Shown one piece after another: positions 45,080 to 46,208 of a DNA stretch of 46,208 bases. Numbering within the stretch: position 1 is the first letter of the stretch; every line of letters starts with the position of its first letter. Source of the stretch: a virus; IMG/VR virus record IMGVR_UViG_3300028883_000069. One strand, given 5' to 3'. The notes beneath the pieces were generated by a model. That model saw only the letters and a program-made list of their open reading frames with translations, did no database searches and had not been told where the DNA came from. The position numbers and the translations under genes are program-made.

Positions 45080-46208
45080 ATGGGAACAACACATTTTAAA
45101 GGAAACCTAGACGTAGGGGGAAACCTATCAGTAGGTGACAGTGGAGTTCTGCAATTACCAAGTGCAAGTTCTGCACCGTCTAGTCCTTCTGTAGGAGACG
45201 CATACTATAACTCTACAACAGGTAAAGTTATGATGTATCAAGAAACAGGATGGACAAGTGTTGACGGTACAGCAGCTGCAAGTTTAGACGCTGCTTATAA
45301 TGGTGGTGCTACAATCGCAGTAGACGGTGGAGCAGTCACATTGACTGACTCTCAGACTGGCTCTGGTGGAGGACTACTTATTACCAAGAGTGGAGTCGTA
45401 ACAGGTTCTGATGACGCTTCAGTACTTCATATAAACTCAACAGCCGACCACGACACAAGTGGCGACATAAAGTTTATGGAAATTTCTGTAGCTTCAGAAT
45501 CTTGTTCAGGAAGTATTTATGGTATCGAGATAGAAATGAATGCTAATACCGACAGTGGTATTACAATCACAAAAGGTGCCATGACACTTACCGACGGAGC
45601 CTTAACTCTTACAAGTGGTAACTTAACACTATCAAGTGGTAACTTGACCATGACTGGTACATTGGCCGTAACAGGTGCAATGACAATCAGTTCTTCAATT
45701 ACAGCACAGGGTGCAATCATAATTGATGCTAATGCGGCAGAGTGCTTCTTAATTCGTGAGAATGGAGACACAGCTGACGTATTCACTATTGATACTACAC
45801 AGGATGCAGGAGACACAACAGCAAAGATTGAGAGTAAAACAACCACAGGTATTGCTTTACACGTTGATTCAGACACGACCACAGGGTCAGCTGTATTAAT
45901 AGATGGTGATGCAATTACAACAGGAGACGCACTCTTGATTAGTGTAGCAAGTGGTACAATGGGAGCAACAGGCGCAGCCATTTCTGTTATCGACTCTTCT
46001 AACGCAGACCGAGAGGTCTTTGCAGTTAGAGACGATGGTTCCGTATATATGTACGGTACAGCAGAAGGTACAACAGCAACTCAGACAGTCAAAGGTGATA
46101 TGGTAATCTCTGATGGAGATCTAACAATCTCTGGAGGTGAGGTAGCATTAACAAGTGATGCTAATGCAGCAGGTTTAGTAATTGTTAACAATACAGTTAC
46201 AACTGCTA
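45080..46208 (+). CDS. N-terminal part of wrap-around beta-helix-like fibre protein (continues at base 1, ends 1131)
   Basis: ATG 45080 (MGTTHFKGNLDVGGNLSVGD...) opens a frame with no stop up to the window end. It is absent from the ORF track only because it lacks a stop inside the window. It is in frame with 1..1131 across the overlap. Confidence 0.85.
   Translation, partial: MGTTHFKGNLDVGGNLSVGDSGVLQLPSASSAPSSPSVGDAYYNSTTGKVMMYQETGWTSVDGTAAASLDAAYNGGATIAVDGGAVTLTDSQTGSGGGLLITKSGVVTGSDDASVLHINSTADHDTSGDIKFMEISVASESCSGSIYGIEIEMNANTDSGITITKGAMTLTDGALTLTSGNLTLSSGNLTMTGTLAVTGAMTISSSITAQGAIIIDANAAECFLIRENGDTADVFTIDTTQDAGDTTAKIESKTTTGIALHVDSDTTTGSAVLIDGDAITTGDALLISVASGTMGATGAAISVIDSSNADREVFAVRDDGSVYMYGTAEGTTATQTVKGDMVISDGDLTISGGEVALTSDANAAGLVIVNNTVTTA
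46082..46208. repeat. second copy of the terminal overlap (equals 1..127)
   Basis: Exact identity to bases 1..127. Confidence 0.95.

Overview
The window is a complete, circularly closed genome of a tailed dsDNA phage. Bases 1..127 are repeated exactly at 46082..46208, giving a unit length of 46,081 bp, and one fibre gene (45080..1131) runs across the junction. Coding density is high and falls into three blocks. (a) A long + strand block starts at 32744 and wraps through the junction to about 23400. It carries an RHH regulator, beta-helix proteins, a tRNA, GroES, small terminase, Dcm methylase, large terminase, portal, scaffold, major capsid, an elaborate fibre/tail module, internal-protein candidates and a lysis cassette. 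(b) A short + strand module (23474..25619) has zinc-ribbon and HNH proteins and a putative replication initiator. (c) A - strand early/regulatory operon (32020 down to 25598) has a tandem-XRE regulator, an SSB-like protein, a PD-(D/E)XK nuclease, RusA, an HNH, a triple-HTH protein and several tiny membrane proteins. I could not recognise an integrase, DNA polymerase, tail sheath, tail tube or tape measure, so a virulent podovirus-like phage that relies on host replication is a reasonable but unproven reading. Sigma-A-like TTGACA-N17-TATATT promoters, Shine-Dalgarno sites, LysM/SH3/M23 lysis domains and GPT collagen repeats point weakly to a low-GC Gram-positive host. The best candidate for something new is a four-module glycosyltransferase/methyltransferase fusion inside the structural operon, next to very Thr-rich fibre proteins, together with a phage tRNA whose UGU anticodon matches the ACA-rich collagen gene. 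This suggests a phage-encoded virion-fibre glycosylation system. Other notable items:
- a canonical eukaryote-type C2H2 zinc finger between terminase and portal
- a shared ACTAGTATA iteron/operator motif linking the control region to the replication gene
- two GC-rich structured ORF-free elements in the early operon
- an RBS-sequestering leader
- a beta-helix gene split at a T6 tract

All functional calls rest on motifs read by eye. No database search was run.
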